Shown piece by piece: positions 24,692 through 34,481 of a DNA stretch of 64,000 bases (the first letter of the stretch is position 1; each line of letters begins with the position of its first letter). The translations under genes and the position numbers were made by a program. Origin of the DNA: Candidatus Aldehydirespiratoraceae bacterium (GTDB taxonomy: Bacteria; Actinomycetota; Acidimicrobiia; Acidimicrobiales; Aldehydirespiratoraceae); NCBI GenBank assembly GCA_047639555.1, contig JBLIOE010000017.1:6945-70944 (forward strand), given 5' to 3'. The notes beneath the pieces were generated by a model. The model ran no database searches and was not told the origin of the DNA. It was given only the letters and a program-made list of their open reading frames with translations.

Positions 24692-25951
24692 ATGAGCACT
24701 CCCATGCCGACCGCAGAACAAGTCCGCGCCGATCTCGAGACGTGGCTCGACGAGAACTGGGACGAAAGTCTCACCGTCGAAGAGTGGTGGGCCCGTCTGG
24801 CCCCCACCGGTTACGCCCACCCGACACTGCCGGAGAACGCACAGGGCAAGGGTTGGGGCCGAGACCTCGCCGCCGTCGTCAACACCACGATGGCCGAGCG
24901 CATGGTCATGGGCGCTCCGTCGTCCGGTCTGGGCTGGATGCTCGCCGCTCCGACGATCGCCGCGCACGCCACCCAAGAGCAGATCGATCAGTACATCCCG
25001 CCGATCCTCACCGGCCAGGTCGGCTGGTGCCAGCTCTTCTCCGAGCCGGGTGCCGGCTCCGATCTCGCTGGCCTCGGTTGTAAGGCCGAGAAGGACGGCG
25101 ACGAATGGGTCATCACCGGCCAGAAGGTGTGGACCTCCGGCGGCCAGGTCGCCGACATGGGCATGCTTATCGCTCGCACCGACCCCGATGCTCCAAAGCA
25201 CAAGGGCATCAGCTACTTCGCTTTCGACATGCACCAGCCGGGTGTCACCGTGCGGCCGCTCACCGAGATGACGGGCCGAGCGCTCTTCAACGAGGTGTTC
25301 ATCGACGAAGCCCGCGTGCTCGACGTCGACATGATCGGCGGCCTCAACAACGGATGGGCCGTTGCCAACTCAACACTGATGTTCGAACGGTCGTCGCTTG
25401 GTTCTGCGGGCAAGAAGCCGCAGACCGCCACTCCTGGCAAACTCGGGAAGGCCCTGCAGCGTCCGGTCACCGACTTTGCGAATCGCGAGCGCTCCGAGGG
25501 CGGCGTGCCTTCGGTCGGCCCTGGCCTCTGGCAGCGACTCGTGGAGATCGCCACCGACTCCGGCCGCATCAACGATCCGGTCTTGCGCCAAGACCTGATC
25601 AAGCTCTACTCGCTGATCGAGATCAACCGTCTGGGCACACTCCGGGCCAAGGATCCGAACCAGCGCACTGGGGCCGAGCCCAACATTGGCAAGCTCCACA
25701 TGTCCGAGATGTTTCGCCAGTTCCGTGAGGTCGGCCTGTCCGTCCTCGGATCCGCCGGCATGTTGTCGGGCAACAGCGAGCCCATCACCAACGGGGCAAT
25801 CTCCGAACTGGCGCTGTTCTCGCCCGGTCCGTCGATCTACGGCGGCACCGACGAAATCCAGCGCAACATCGTTGGCGAACGAATTCTTGGTCTGCCCCGC
25901 GAACCGGGTCACGACAAGAACATGGCCTTCAAGGACATGGCGAAGAACTAG
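24692..25951 (+). CDS. acyl-CoA dehydrogenase family protein
   Basis: 419 aa. Motifs are CQLFSEPGAGSDLAG, WVITGQKVWTSGG and IYGGTDEIQRNIVGERILGLP. Confidence 0.85.
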   Translation: MSTPMPTAEQVRADLETWLDENWDESLTVEEWWARLAPTGYAHPTLPENAQGKGWGRDLAAVVNTTMAERMVMGAPSSGLGWMLAAPTIAAHATQEQIDQYIPPILTGQVGWCQLFSEPGAGSDLAGLGCKAEKDGDEWVITGQKVWTSGGQVADMGMLIARTDPDAPKHKGISYFAFDMHQPGVTVRPLTEMTGRALFNEVFIDEARVLDVDMIGGLNNGWAVANSTLMFERSSLGSAGKKPQTATPGKLGKALQRPVTDFANRERSEGGVPSVGPGLWQRLVEIATDSGRINDPVLRQDLIKLYSLIEINRLGTLRAKDPNQRTGAEPNIGKLHMSEMFRQFREVGLSVLGSAGMLSGNSEPITNGAISELALFSPGPSIYGGTDEIQRNIVGERILGLPREPGHDKNMAFKDMAKN

Positions 25952-25992
25952 GCCCGGCCGCGAACCGCTGGGGACGTGGTTGACTTGTCCTC

Positions 25993-26355
25993 ATGACCGA
26001 GAGCGCGAATTCTGACCGTGGCGCTGATGTGTCCCGAGTGATCTTCAGCAAACTGAATCGCTTCGTGAAGCCACTCGTGAAGGCGGGCCTTGGGTCGCCG
26101 TTGCCCATCGGGCTCGGCGCCGTGGTGCTTGAAAGCACTGGTCGTAAGAGCGGGCTTCCTCGGGAGGTGCCCGTCGTGGGCCTTCGTCTCGGGAAGCGCG
26201 TCCTGGTGTCGACCGTGCGCAGCGGATCACAGTGGGTGAAGAATCTGGAGGCCGACGACGCTGCGGCTGTCTGGTACAGCGGTCGTCGCCATGATGCGAA
26301 GGCGTCGGTCCAACGAGGCCCGCTCAACGTGGTCACGCTCGACGTCGCCGACTGA
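25993..26355 (+). CDS. deazaflavin (F420H2)-dependent nitroreductase family protein (DDN-like)
   Basis: 120 aa. Shows LESTGRKSGLPREVPVVGL...VSTVRSGSQWVKNLEADDAAAV, the TTGRKSG...W..NL pattern of this family. Confidence 0.7.
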   Translation: MTESANSDRGADVSRVIFSKLNRFVKPLVKAGLGSPLPIGLGAVVLESTGRKSGLPREVPVVGLRLGKRVLVSTVRSGSQWVKNLEADDAAAVWYSGRRHDAKASVQRGPLNVVTLDVAD

Positions 26356-26357
26356 GG

Positions 26358-27560
26358 GTGACTCGCCAGGGCCGCGCCGCGAGGCAAACTCTGGGGATGG
26401 AATCGGCAGCCGAGCGGGATCAGATCGTTCAGATCTCGGCCGACGGCGCGCCACTTGATCCGCTCACCCATGGTGGGAAGGCGTGCGGCTTGCAGGAGCT
26501 GATGCGTCTCGGCCTGCGCGTTCCGCCCGCTGTTATCGTGCCGATGGAGCCGGCGGCGGAGATCGCGGCGGGCGTCGAGACGGGTGTTGTCACTCGCGAG
26601 TTTTCCGAATTGGCGGATGCCGTCGACGAGATGACGGTGGGCTGGAAATGCGACGAAGGACGGCTTGCCGTGCGTTCCGGTGCCGCGATCTCGCTCCCCG
26701 GCGCGTTCCAGACCTTGCTGGATGTGCTGCCGGTCGTTGTGCCCGAGGCCGTTGCGGCGGTGGTTGCGTCGACGCGGGGACTGCGAGCGGAGACGATCGT
26801 CCGGGCCATGGGCGTCGACGAGGTTCCGCCGACGGCGGTCATCGTGCAGCGCCAGGTTGACACCACCCTCGATGACTATTCCGGCGCCGGAGTGGCGACC
26901 AGCCGAGACCCGGTCACGGGTGCCGACGGCATGTGCGGTTCGATCGCTTGGCGTTGCCGCGGCGATGCGGTGATGGCCGGGACGATTGCCGTTGACCCCG
27001 TGACGTCGATCGACAGCCGTTGCCCAGACGTGGCGGAGCAGCTGCGGGCGGACACGGCCCGGCTCGAAGAGGAGCTCGGTTCGCCTATTGAGGTCGAGTT
27101 CGCGATCGAGTCAGGAGAGCTCTGGTACCTCCAGCTGCGCACATTTGGTCTGGCCGATGCCGCTCCGAGTGGTGGCGCCGAGGCCACTACCGCAGGAACC
27201 AAGGTGGTCGGCCAGGGACGACCGGCGAGCGCGGGGGTAGCAACCGGCGAGCTCCACGTCGATCCCGATGATGCGCTCGACGCGATCGAGGCCGGTCGGC
27301 CCGTGGTGATCGCGCTCGAAACCAGTTCGCCTGGCCATGTCACGGTGATGGTTCGGGCTTCCGGTGTCTTGACCGTGCTGGGAAGCCCGGAGAGCCATGC
27401 CGCCGTGGTCACGAGGGGTGCGTCAGTCCCCGCGATTGTTGCGGTGCAAGGCCTTTCGATCGACGAGCACGGCATCTCCCTCGGAGAACACATCGTCCGC
27501 GTCGGCGAACAGCTGACCGTTGATGGCACTCGCGGTGTTGTGCTGGCGGCCGACTCGTGA
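26358..27560 (+). CDS. PEP-utilising phosphotransferase-like protein: PPDK_N-type ATP-grasp plus phosphohistidine swivel domain, lacking the C-terminal PEP/pyruvate TIM barrel
   Basis: 400 aa. The N-terminal region has GGKACGLQELMRLGLRVPPAVIV. The C-terminal region has GVATGELHV...VIALETSSPGHV...GSPESHAAVVTRGASVPAIVAV, with a swivel His. The ORF ends immediately after this domain. The start is uncertain between 26358 and 26397. Confidence 0.7.
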   Translation: MTRQGRAARQTLGMESAAERDQIVQISADGAPLDPLTHGGKACGLQELMRLGLRVPPAVIVPMEPAAEIAAGVETGVVTREFSELADAVDEMTVGWKCDEGRLAVRSGAAISLPGAFQTLLDVLPVVVPEAVAAVVASTRGLRAETIVRAMGVDEVPPTAVIVQRQVDTTLDDYSGAGVATSRDPVTGADGMCGSIAWRCRGDAVMAGTIAVDPVTSIDSRCPDVAEQLRADTARLEEELGSPIEVEFAIESGELWYLQLRTFGLADAAPSGGAEATTAGTKVVGQGRPASAGVATGELHVDPDDALDAIEAGRPVVIALETSSPGHVTVMVRASGVLTVLGSPESHAAVVTRGASVPAIVAVQGLSIDEHGISLGEHIVRVGEQLTVDGTRGVVLAADS

Positions 27561-28003
27561 GTCCGAAGGTGGTCGGGATTCAGCTCGCCCGTGCGACCCG
27601 AATGGGCATGCGGTCAGTCGACACCGCAGAGATCGAAACTGCGGCCGGGCTCGTTGGCGACCGCTACCACGAGTCGAAACATCGTCAGCTCAGCGTGCAA
27701 TCGCTGAGCGAACTGGCCGAAGCGGAAGCGGATTTCGGCCAACCCATCGACCCGCTGTTGACGCGGCGCAATATCACGATCGATGTCGGTGAGATTCCGC
27801 TCAAACCTGGACACCGCTGGCGTCTCGGTTCGGTCGAGTTGGAAGTCGTCCGCATGGCCGCGCCGTGCAAGATGCTCGACATGGAGATCGGCGACGGCGC
27901 CCGCACCGTGCTGCGTCATCGAGCCGGCGTCATCTGCCGCGTCATCGACGGCGGCACCTTGACGATCGGCGACCCCGTCGACCTCGGCCCTCTTCCCAGC
28001 TAG
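27557..28003 (+). CDS. MOSC domain-containing protein
   Basis: Its GTG overlaps the upstream stop (GTGA). Motifs are GLVGDRYH, RRNITIDVG and VELEVVRMAAPCKMLD (conserved Cys). Confidence 0.7.
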   Translation: MSPKVVGIQLARATRMGMRSVDTAEIETAAGLVGDRYHESKHRQLSVQSLSELAEAEADFGQPIDPLLTRRNITIDVGEIPLKPGHRWRLGSVELEVVRMAAPCKMLDMEIGDGARTVLRHRAGVICRVIDGGTLTIGDPVDLGPLPS

Positions 28004-28846
28004 GGAGCAGCGAGCGAGGGCAGCACAGCTCGGCAGGCGTCGTGGATGACCTTGGCCATGGCGGCCGGTCCGGTGGCATCAAGATCGCGACTGAAGACTT
28101 CCGCCGCCACGAAGGGCGCACTGCCGATGTGGTCGAGGGCTTCCCAGATCGATGCGTAGTCAACGGCTCCGCTCCCGGGCGCGCGCCGCGCGGTCATCGC
28201 CTCGTTCTCAACCTGATCAAGCGGCATCTCGGCCGCGGCCGAAGGGTCACACAGCTGGACATAGGCCACCCGGTCGCCGGGAACGGACCGGAGCAGGTCG
28301 AGATCCGGGCCACCAGGCTGGCGGACCCAATGGAAGGTATCGAGCAACACGGTGGCATTGAGCTGACCGGTTTCGATGCACATTTCGTTGGCCGCGGCGA
28401 AGGTGGGCACACCAGTCCATGGCAAGAATTCGAGGGCGATCAACATGTCGGCCGCTTCGGCCTGCGCGGCGATTGAGGCGAGGCCCTCGATGGCCGCGCC
28501 GCGGTCCTCGATAGGCCCGAGGCAGGCCGCCCCCACGATGTGGGCGCCCAGGTCGGTGCCTGTCGAGATCAGCGCTTCGATCTCTGCGTTGAGCGCGTCG
28601 CTCGGTCCGGTGGTCCAACCGATCGATGCCTCCACCGCCTCGACGGTGAGGTCGGAGTCCTTCACGTACGCCGCGGCACCGTCGCCAGCAAACATCACGT
28701 GGAATGCCCAGAGGCTCACAGCGTCGAAGCCAGCTTCCTGGGTGGCATCGAGGTAGGCCCGGAACTTGTCGCCGTCGATTGCCATTGGATCGGTGAGAAG
28801 CGTGGAAGGACAGTTACCCAGCGAGGTGATTTCCATGGCCGGAGTT
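28000..28846 (-). CDS. sugar phosphate isomerase/epimerase (xylose isomerase-like TIM barrel) family protein
   Basis: This is the 3' part of track ORF 28000..29613, starting at ATG 28846 (MEITSLG). Motifs are IALEFLPW and LLDTFHW. Confidence 0.7.
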
Positions 28847-28917
28847 TGACCAACGTGAAGTGCGCCCGCCAATCCTGCCAAACTGCAGATTCCGCCGTCC
28901 GAGAACAGGGAGTTCGG

Positions 28918-29697
28918 TTGACTGACAAAGTGCAGCTCGAGATTGATGGCGGTGTCGCCACGATCACGAATAACAACATCGACAAGCACAACGCGTTCGA
29001 CGACGAGATGGACGCTCGCCTCTTCGAGATCTTCGATGAGCTCATAGCGACGCCGTCGGTGCGGGCCGTGGTTTGGCGCGGTGAAGGCAAGAGTTGGTCG
29101 TCGGGTCGCGATGTCGCGGCGATCGGAAACAACGTCACCGAATTCACCCATCACGAGCTCATGTCTCGCGGGCACAAGGGCATCCAGAAGATCTGGGAGC
29201 TCGAAGCGCCGATTATCGTTGCGATTCAGGGCTGGGCAATCGGAGGCTCGTTCCAGCGGGCACTCATGTGCGACATCCGGATCGCCGCGGAGGGCGCCCG
29301 TTTCATGCTTCCCGAAGTGGGCCACGGCGTGATTCCGGATACCGGGGGGATGGGCGTGCTCTACGAGATGTGTGGCCACGGCCTCGTGAGCGACATGGTG
29401 CTGACTGGGCGCCGCCTGTCGGCCGAAGAAGCACTGCAGCACGGCATCGTGAGCCGGATCGTTGCCCCCGAGGAGCTCGATGCAACGGCGCGCGAAATGG
29501 CCGAGAAGATCGCGGCCTCGCCGGCGGTCACCGTGAAGCTGGCCCGGCGAGTGATCAGCCATCTCAGCCGGCCCGAGATTCGATCCTCGATGGAGGACGA
29601 ATTGATCTACCAAACCTTCCTCAATAAGTCCGAAGACTTCGCCGAGTTCAAGGCCGCCCGGGCCGAAGAACGCGAGCCGAACTATCGGGGATCGTGA
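28918..29697 (+). CDS. enoyl-CoA hydratase/isomerase (crotonase) family protein
   Basis: Part of track ORF 28540..29697. TTG 28918 lies 5 nt after GGGAG; GTG 28930 is the alternative start. Motifs are ATITNNNIDKHNAF, GEGKSWSSGRD and AIQGWAIGGS. Confidence 0.85.
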   Translation: MTDKVQLEIDGGVATITNNNIDKHNAFDDEMDARLFEIFDELIATPSVRAVVWRGEGKSWSSGRDVAAIGNNVTEFTHHELMSRGHKGIQKIWELEAPIIVAIQGWAIGGSFQRALMCDIRIAAEGARFMLPEVGHGVIPDTGGMGVLYEMCGHGLVSDMVLTGRRLSAEEALQHGIVSRIVAPEELDATAREMAEKIAASPAVTVKLARRVISHLSRPEIRSSMEDELIYQTFLNKSEDFAEFKAARAEEREPNYRGS

Positions 29698-30569
29698 TGG
29701 GCCTTCCGGATCCTCCGGCGCTGGGCGCCTCCGCCCTTCCGGCCGGCACGTACGATGGTGTCTGTGTGTTCATCACCGGCGCCGGTACCGGCCTGGGCAA
29801 AGGCATCGCCCAGGAATTCGCGCGGCTGGGCGCGTCACTCGTCATCGCGAGTCGCAAGCCCGAACATCTCGACGCGGGCCGAGCCGCGATGGACGAGCTC
29901 GGCGCACCGGTCGTGACTGTCGAGTGCGATATTCGTGAGCCCGACAGCATCGCCGCGGCATTCGACGCAGCGGAAGCAGCCTTCGGCCTGCCGCAGGTTC
30001 TGGTGAACAACGCGGCAGCCAACTTCCCGGTGCCGGCCGAAGATATGTCACCGAATGCGTGGCGCACAGTGGTGGACATCACCCTCAATGGCACGTTCTT
30101 TGTTGCCCGCGAGTTCGGCCGTCGCCATCTCGGCGCCGACACCCCGGGCAGCATCATCAACATCGGCGCCTCCTACGCATGGACGGGCGGCCCTGGTTTT
30201 GCGCACAGCGCGGCGGCGAAGGCGGGCGTGAAGAACATGGTCGAGAGCCTGGCGGTCGAGTGGGGGCCCTACGGGATCCAGGTGAACGGGCTCGTGCCCG
30301 GGCTCATTCCCCACGAAGACATGACGGCGGACATCCAAGCGAACCTCTCGCGGGCCGATCCGGAGAAGGATGCGCTGCAACCCGCGATGCGGGTTGGCAC
30401 TCGCCGCGAGTTCGGGTGGGCCGCCACGTTCCTGGCCAGCCCGTATGCACAATTCATCACGGGCCACACGCTCGTGGTCGACGGTGCGAACTGGCAGCGC
30501 CGGTCGATGACGAACCCAACAGTTGTGCCGATCCGGGATCAGATGAACAAGGGCCCGTTCGAGCTCTAG
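29694..30569 (+). CDS. SDR family oxidoreductase (2,4-dienoyl-CoA reductase-like)
   Basis: Its start overlaps the upstream stop (GTGATG). Motifs are ITGAGTGLGKGIA, NNAA and YAWTGGPGFAHSAAAKAG (Y-x-x-x-K). Confidence 0.8.
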   Translation: MMGLPDPPALGASALPAGTYDGVCVFITGAGTGLGKGIAQEFARLGASLVIASRKPEHLDAGRAAMDELGAPVVTVECDIREPDSIAAAFDAAEAAFGLPQVLVNNAAANFPVPAEDMSPNAWRTVVDITLNGTFFVAREFGRRHLGADTPGSIINIGASYAWTGGPGFAHSAAAKAGVKNMVESLAVEWGPYGIQVNGLVPGLIPHEDMTADIQANLSRADPEKDALQPAMRVGTRREFGWAATFLASPYAQFITGHTLVVDGANWQRRSMTNPTVVPIRDQMNKGPFEL

Positions 30570-30631
30570 CCAGCCCGTGCGTCGTTTTGGTTGAGAGCGT
30601 TCGTCAACTTCCGTCCCGGTAGCGTGCCGGA

Positions 30632-31375
30632 ATGGAACTCCTCCATGTGTTGCTGTTGCTCGGTGGTGGCCTCGTCGCCGGCATTATCAATGCCATGGCG
30701 GGTGGAGGTTCGCTCCTCACCGTTCCGCTCTTGGTTTTTGCCGGCGTGCCGGGCAACGCGGCCAATGGCTCGAACCGGGTTGGCGTGCTGGCGAGCTCGC
30801 TGACTGCGGCCAGCACGTTCCGTCGCCTCGGTGTTGCCGGCCTCGGCGGTATCGGCCGCGTGCTCGGCCCTTCCGCGGCTGGTGCGCTGCTCGGCTCGAT
30901 CGTTGTCTCCCAGTTAGCCGACGAAACGTTCGAGCAGATCTTTGGTTTCGTGATGATCCCGATCCTGTTGCTCTCGCTTCGGAAACCCGATGTTGCGGCG
31001 ATGGCGGATCGTCCCCAATGGCCCACCTGGCTCACCACGATCGTGTTCTTCGGGATTGGCATCTATGGCGGCGCCTTTCAGGCCGGCGTCGGCCTCATGA
31101 TGATCGTGGCGCTGTCGCGGGCCGGTGTTGATCTCGTGATCGCGAACAACATCAAGGTCATCGTCACCTTCGTCTTCACGGTCTTTGCGCTACCAGTGTT
31201 TATTCTCAACGGCGATGTTGACTGGGCCCCCGCTCTGGTCCTTGCGGTTGGCCTGGCCACCGGCAGCGCGATCGGCGCTCAGATCACCGTGGCGGGCGGT
31301 GAGAAGGTCATCAGGCCGGTTCTGATTGTGGCCGTCATCATCTTCGCCGGGCGTCTCGTCGGCTTGTATGGGTGA
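30632..31375 (+). CDS. TauE/SafE family sulfite/organosulfonate exporter-like membrane protein
   Basis: 247 aa and polytopic. Shows GGGLVAGIINAMAGGGSLLTVPLL and ANGSNRV. Confidence 0.8.
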   Translation: MELLHVLLLLGGGLVAGIINAMAGGGSLLTVPLLVFAGVPGNAANGSNRVGVLASSLTAASTFRRLGVAGLGGIGRVLGPSAAGALLGSIVVSQLADETFEQIFGFVMIPILLLSLRKPDVAAMADRPQWPTWLTTIVFFGIGIYGGAFQAGVGLMMIVALSRAGVDLVIANNIKVIVTFVFTVFALPVFILNGDVDWAPALVLAVGLATGSAIGAQITVAGGEKVIRPVLIVAVIIFAGRLVGLYG

Positions 31376-31376
31376 C

Positions 31377-32378
31377 ATGACCAGCGCGTTTCCCACCGAG
31401 TTCGCCCGCAGCCTGCCGAAGGCCGAACTGCACGTGCACCTCGAGGGGAGCGTCGGCCCCGCCACGATGCTCCGCCTGGCCGAACGCCACGGTGTCACTC
31501 CTCCGGCCGTCGATGAGGACGGCATCAGCGAATGGCTGCAATTCGATGGCTTCCCGAGCTTTCTCGAGCGCTACTTCTGGGTCTGCAGCTTGCTGCGTAC
31601 GGCCGACGATTTCACCGACATCGCCTACAGCTATCTACAAAACGCGCACGAGCAAGGTGTGGTCCATGTGGAGTTCCACGTGTCATCGAGCTACCACATC
31701 GTCGAGAGCGGAGCGGACTGGGCACAGGTTCTGGCTGGCGTGGTCGCAGGGTGCGAGCGGGCGGAATCGGACTTTGGGATCTCGTCGCTGCTGATCCCGG
31801 ATCTGTCACCGCATCTGGGTGCCGCTGCTGCCCACCAGGCGCTCGACGTCGTGCTCGCGCTGCTTCACCCGCGCGTGGTGGCGATTGGGATGGGCGGTCC
31901 GGCTGACAATTGGCCGACCGAAGACTTTCAATCGGCTTTTGTTCGGGCCCGAGAGGCCGGACTCCACACGATCAGCCACGCCGGCGAACACGGCCCGGCG
32001 TGGGAGGTGCGCCACGCCCTCGAAGAGTTTGGCGCCGAGCGAATTCAGCACGGCATCGGCGCGATGCAAGACCCCGACGTGGTGCAGATGCTGGTTGACC
32101 AGGGTGTCGCCTGTGATGTGTGCCCGGGGAGCAACGTGGCGCTTGCCGCCATTGAGTCAATGGACGACCATCCGCTGGCGGCCATGCTCGATGCGGGAAT
32201 CACCGTCACCCTGGGATCCGACGACCCGCCGCTCTTCGGCACGACTCTTCTCGCGGAATACGAACACGCCTGGAACCTCGCCGATCTCGACGAGGACGGC
32301 TTGCGCCAGCTAGCCATCAACTCGCTGGTCGAGAGCTTCGCCTCCACCGAGGCCATCGAGGCCTGGTTGGCCCTCTAG
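31377..32378 (+). CDS. add: adenosine deaminase
   Basis: Track ORF starts at 31326; ATG 31377 lies 1 nt after the upstream stop. Motifs are LPKAELHVHLEGS, SHAGE and TLGSDDPPLFG. Confidence 0.85.
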   Translation: MTSAFPTEFARSLPKAELHVHLEGSVGPATMLRLAERHGVTPPAVDEDGISEWLQFDGFPSFLERYFWVCSLLRTADDFTDIAYSYLQNAHEQGVVHVEFHVSSSYHIVESGADWAQVLAGVVAGCERAESDFGISSLLIPDLSPHLGAAAAHQALDVVLALLHPRVVAIGMGGPADNWPTEDFQSAFVRAREAGLHTISHAGEHGPAWEVRHALEEFGAERIQHGIGAMQDPDVVQMLVDQGVACDVCPGSNVALAAIESMDDHPLAAMLDAGITVTLGSDDPPLFGTTLLAEYEHAWNLADLDEDGLRQLAINSLVESFASTEAIEAWLAL

Positions 32379-32426
32379 CGGCCACGATCCCTGGCCGATG
32401 CCCCCGTCCGCTCCTAGTGTGCCTGC

Positions 32427-33311
32427 GTGTCACGCACGCGGGGAGCCGTCCTTGTCTTACTCACCGGGGTGGTGTTCAGCTTTGGTGCCGTGCCGTTCCG
32501 GGCTACGGACGACATCGGCGCCTGGGAATACCTGGTCAGCCGAGCGGTAGGCGCTCTCGTCGTCACGATCCCGGTGTTTGTCTTTCAGAATCGCGGTCGG
32601 GTTCGAGACGAAATCCGGGCCATTTCAATGCCGCATCTCGGTGCCGGCGTGATCATCGGCTTGATGTTCTGCTCGTTCATCGTGGCCCTGTCGGAAACCA
32701 CCGCGGCCTTCATTCTGTTCTTCCAGGCGCTCTCACCGGTTGCTGCTGCGATCTGCTCGTGGTTCCTGCTGCGTGAACGAATGAGCCGGGATGCTTGGTT
32801 GGCGACGGTCGGAGCGATCGTCGGCGTGGGCGTGATCATTAGTGGGGGAGTGGGCAGCGCCGCGGTCTGGGTGATCCCGATTGTTATCTTCATCCCGATC
32901 GGCTTCGGGTTCTACACAACGATGATCCGCATGGGCGACGACATCGACCCGTCTGTGCCTGTGATCGTGGCCGGAATCACCGCGCTTGGCCTGTCGCTCG
33001 GAGCGACCGTCATCAATGGCGGTTTCCACGCCAACTCGCACGACCATCTGCTCGCCTTGTTCGCCGGGATCTTCCTGCTCGGTTTGCCGCTGCCCTTGTT
33101 CAACTGGGCGAACCGGGCAGTGCCAGCTCCGGATGCCACCCTGCTGCTGATGTCCGAGGTGGTGTTGGCACCCGTGTGGGTGTGGATCTTCTACGAAGAG
33201 AATCCGTCCAGCTCTACTCTGACGGGCGGTGCCGTCATCCTCGCTTCGGTGGTGTGGCTCACCCTGCGCAGCGCCCAAGGTGCTCGGCGACTTCGCACGA
33301 GCCGGGGTTAG
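32427..33311 (+). CDS. EamA/DMT superfamily transporter
   Basis: 294 aa with about 10 hydrophobic segments in two halves, the typical EamA duplication. Confidence 0.75.
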   Translation: MSRTRGAVLVLLTGVVFSFGAVPFRATDDIGAWEYLVSRAVGALVVTIPVFVFQNRGRVRDEIRAISMPHLGAGVIIGLMFCSFIVALSETTAAFILFFQALSPVAAAICSWFLLRERMSRDAWLATVGAIVGVGVIISGGVGSAAVWVIPIVIFIPIGFGFYTTMIRMGDDIDPSVPVIVAGITALGLSLGATVINGGFHANSHDHLLALFAGIFLLGLPLPLFNWANRAVPAPDATLLLMSEVVLAPVWVWIFYEENPSSSTLTGGAVILASVVWLTLRSAQGARRLRTSRG

Positions 33312-34471
33312 GCCGAGGCGGCTTCCTCCGCGAGGGCGACGATGCCTTCCGCACAACGCTGCATGTTGGTGCGGTGCACGTTCTGTCGATCCCGGATGAT
33401 GTCGGTTTCTCGCTCGGGTTCCGAGTCGATGTTCCAGGTCAGTCCGGAAGACCCGGGTCCGAACCGCATCGCGAATCGCAGACGAGTGCCGCCGGCGAGA
33501 GGGACGAGTTCGAGGCGCCACTGGGTACCCGGCTCGTCGGCGTCGAGTCGCTGCACCTTCCAACCGAATTCGCGATTCGGTCGGTAGGCCACGCACACGC
33601 TGGATGTCTCCCACTCACCGAACCCTTCGATGGCGTTGCGGCCGGCGAAACGGGTTCCCTCGCCTGGCTCGTCGTCCCAGGAGGCACCCTGAAACTCGTC
33701 GCTCCATCGGGCCAGCAGGTCCGGATCGGAAACGAACGGCCACAAGTCTTTGGGGGTCGCCTTGGTCTCCACCTCGACGGTAACGCCGGGCCCAGCCGCA
33801 AAGGTGACGGGGCCGTCGGCGTTGGCCGCCATGGTGTCGCCCCACCGGTCGACGTATGTGATCTCGCGGGCGGAGATTCGTGGTGCAGCCTTGAACTCGG
33901 TGCCGACCGTGTAGGCCACCGGGAGAAGCACTATCTGGGTGATCCCCTCCGGCATCCCGATCAGGTCGCGGATCTCGGCTGCCTTTCCCAGATGGACGGT
34001 GGTCCACGCGCTCCCCAGACCGCGGGCTCGGAGGGCCAGGCAGAAGCTCCAGGCCCCCTGGATGACCGAGTCGAAGAGGCCCGGCCGGCCGCTGTTGTCG
34101 TGTTCGCCCCAGATGCCAACCATGACGATTGCCGGCATGTGTTCGAGGTTCTCGGCGAGGTGGGCCGCCGATGCGAGCACCTTCTCGTTGTGGTGACCCG
34201 TGCCTTGGACACCCTTGTAGCTGGCGATGATCCACTCGCCGCCGGCTTCGAGGTAGAGATCGGCGAGCGCCTTCTTCTGTTCGGCGTCGCGGATGACCAT
34301 CCACCGGCGGGTGGACTGGTTGCCGCCGGTCGGTGATTGCTCGGCGAGGTCTATGCAGTCGTAGATGACCTGATCCTCGACGGGGCGGTCGAGGTCCAGG
34401 CGCTTCCGCACGGCCCGAGTGGTCGACAACACGTGGTCAACGGCGGCGGTGAGGTCCGGAGTGATTTCCAT
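33308..34471 (-). CDS. nitroreductase family domain fused to a C-terminal SRPBCC (polyketide-cyclase/START-like) domain
   Basis: Part of track ORF 33308..34780, starting at ATG 34471 (MEITPDL). The nitroreductase part has TTRAVRKRLDLDRPV...AEQSPTGGNQSTRRWMVI. The C-terminal part of about 150 aa (VEVETKATPKDLWPFVSDPDLLARWSDEF...FGWKV...WRLELVPLAGGTRLRF) fits SRPBCC. Confidence 0.75.
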   Translation of the reverse strand: MEITPDLTAAVDHVLSTTRAVRKRLDLDRPVEDQVIYDCIDLAEQSPTGGNQSTRRWMVIRDAEQKKALADLYLEAGGEWIIASYKGVQGTGHHNEKVLASAAHLAENLEHMPAIVMVGIWGEHDNSGRPGLFDSVIQGAWSFCLALRARGLGSAWTTVHLGKAAEIRDLIGMPEGITQIVLLPVAYTVGTEFKAAPRISAREITYVDRWGDTMAANADGPVTFAAGPGVTVEVETKATPKDLWPFVSDPDLLARWSDEFQGASWDDEPGEGTRFAGRNAIEGFGEWETSSVCVAYRPNREFGWKVQRLDADEPGTQWRLELVPLAGGTRLRFAMRFGPGSSGLTWNIDSEPERETDIIRDRQNVHRTNMQRCAEGIVALAEEAASA

Positions 34472-34481
34472 AGAAGGGATC

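Noticed and set aside
28000-28003. Convergent genes sharing overlapping stop codons on the palindrome CTAG. This occurs here and at 57209-57212, with TTAG at 33308-33311.
   Set aside because: This is real but trivial, a by-product of tight gene packing. No hairpin or terminator is evident at these sites.
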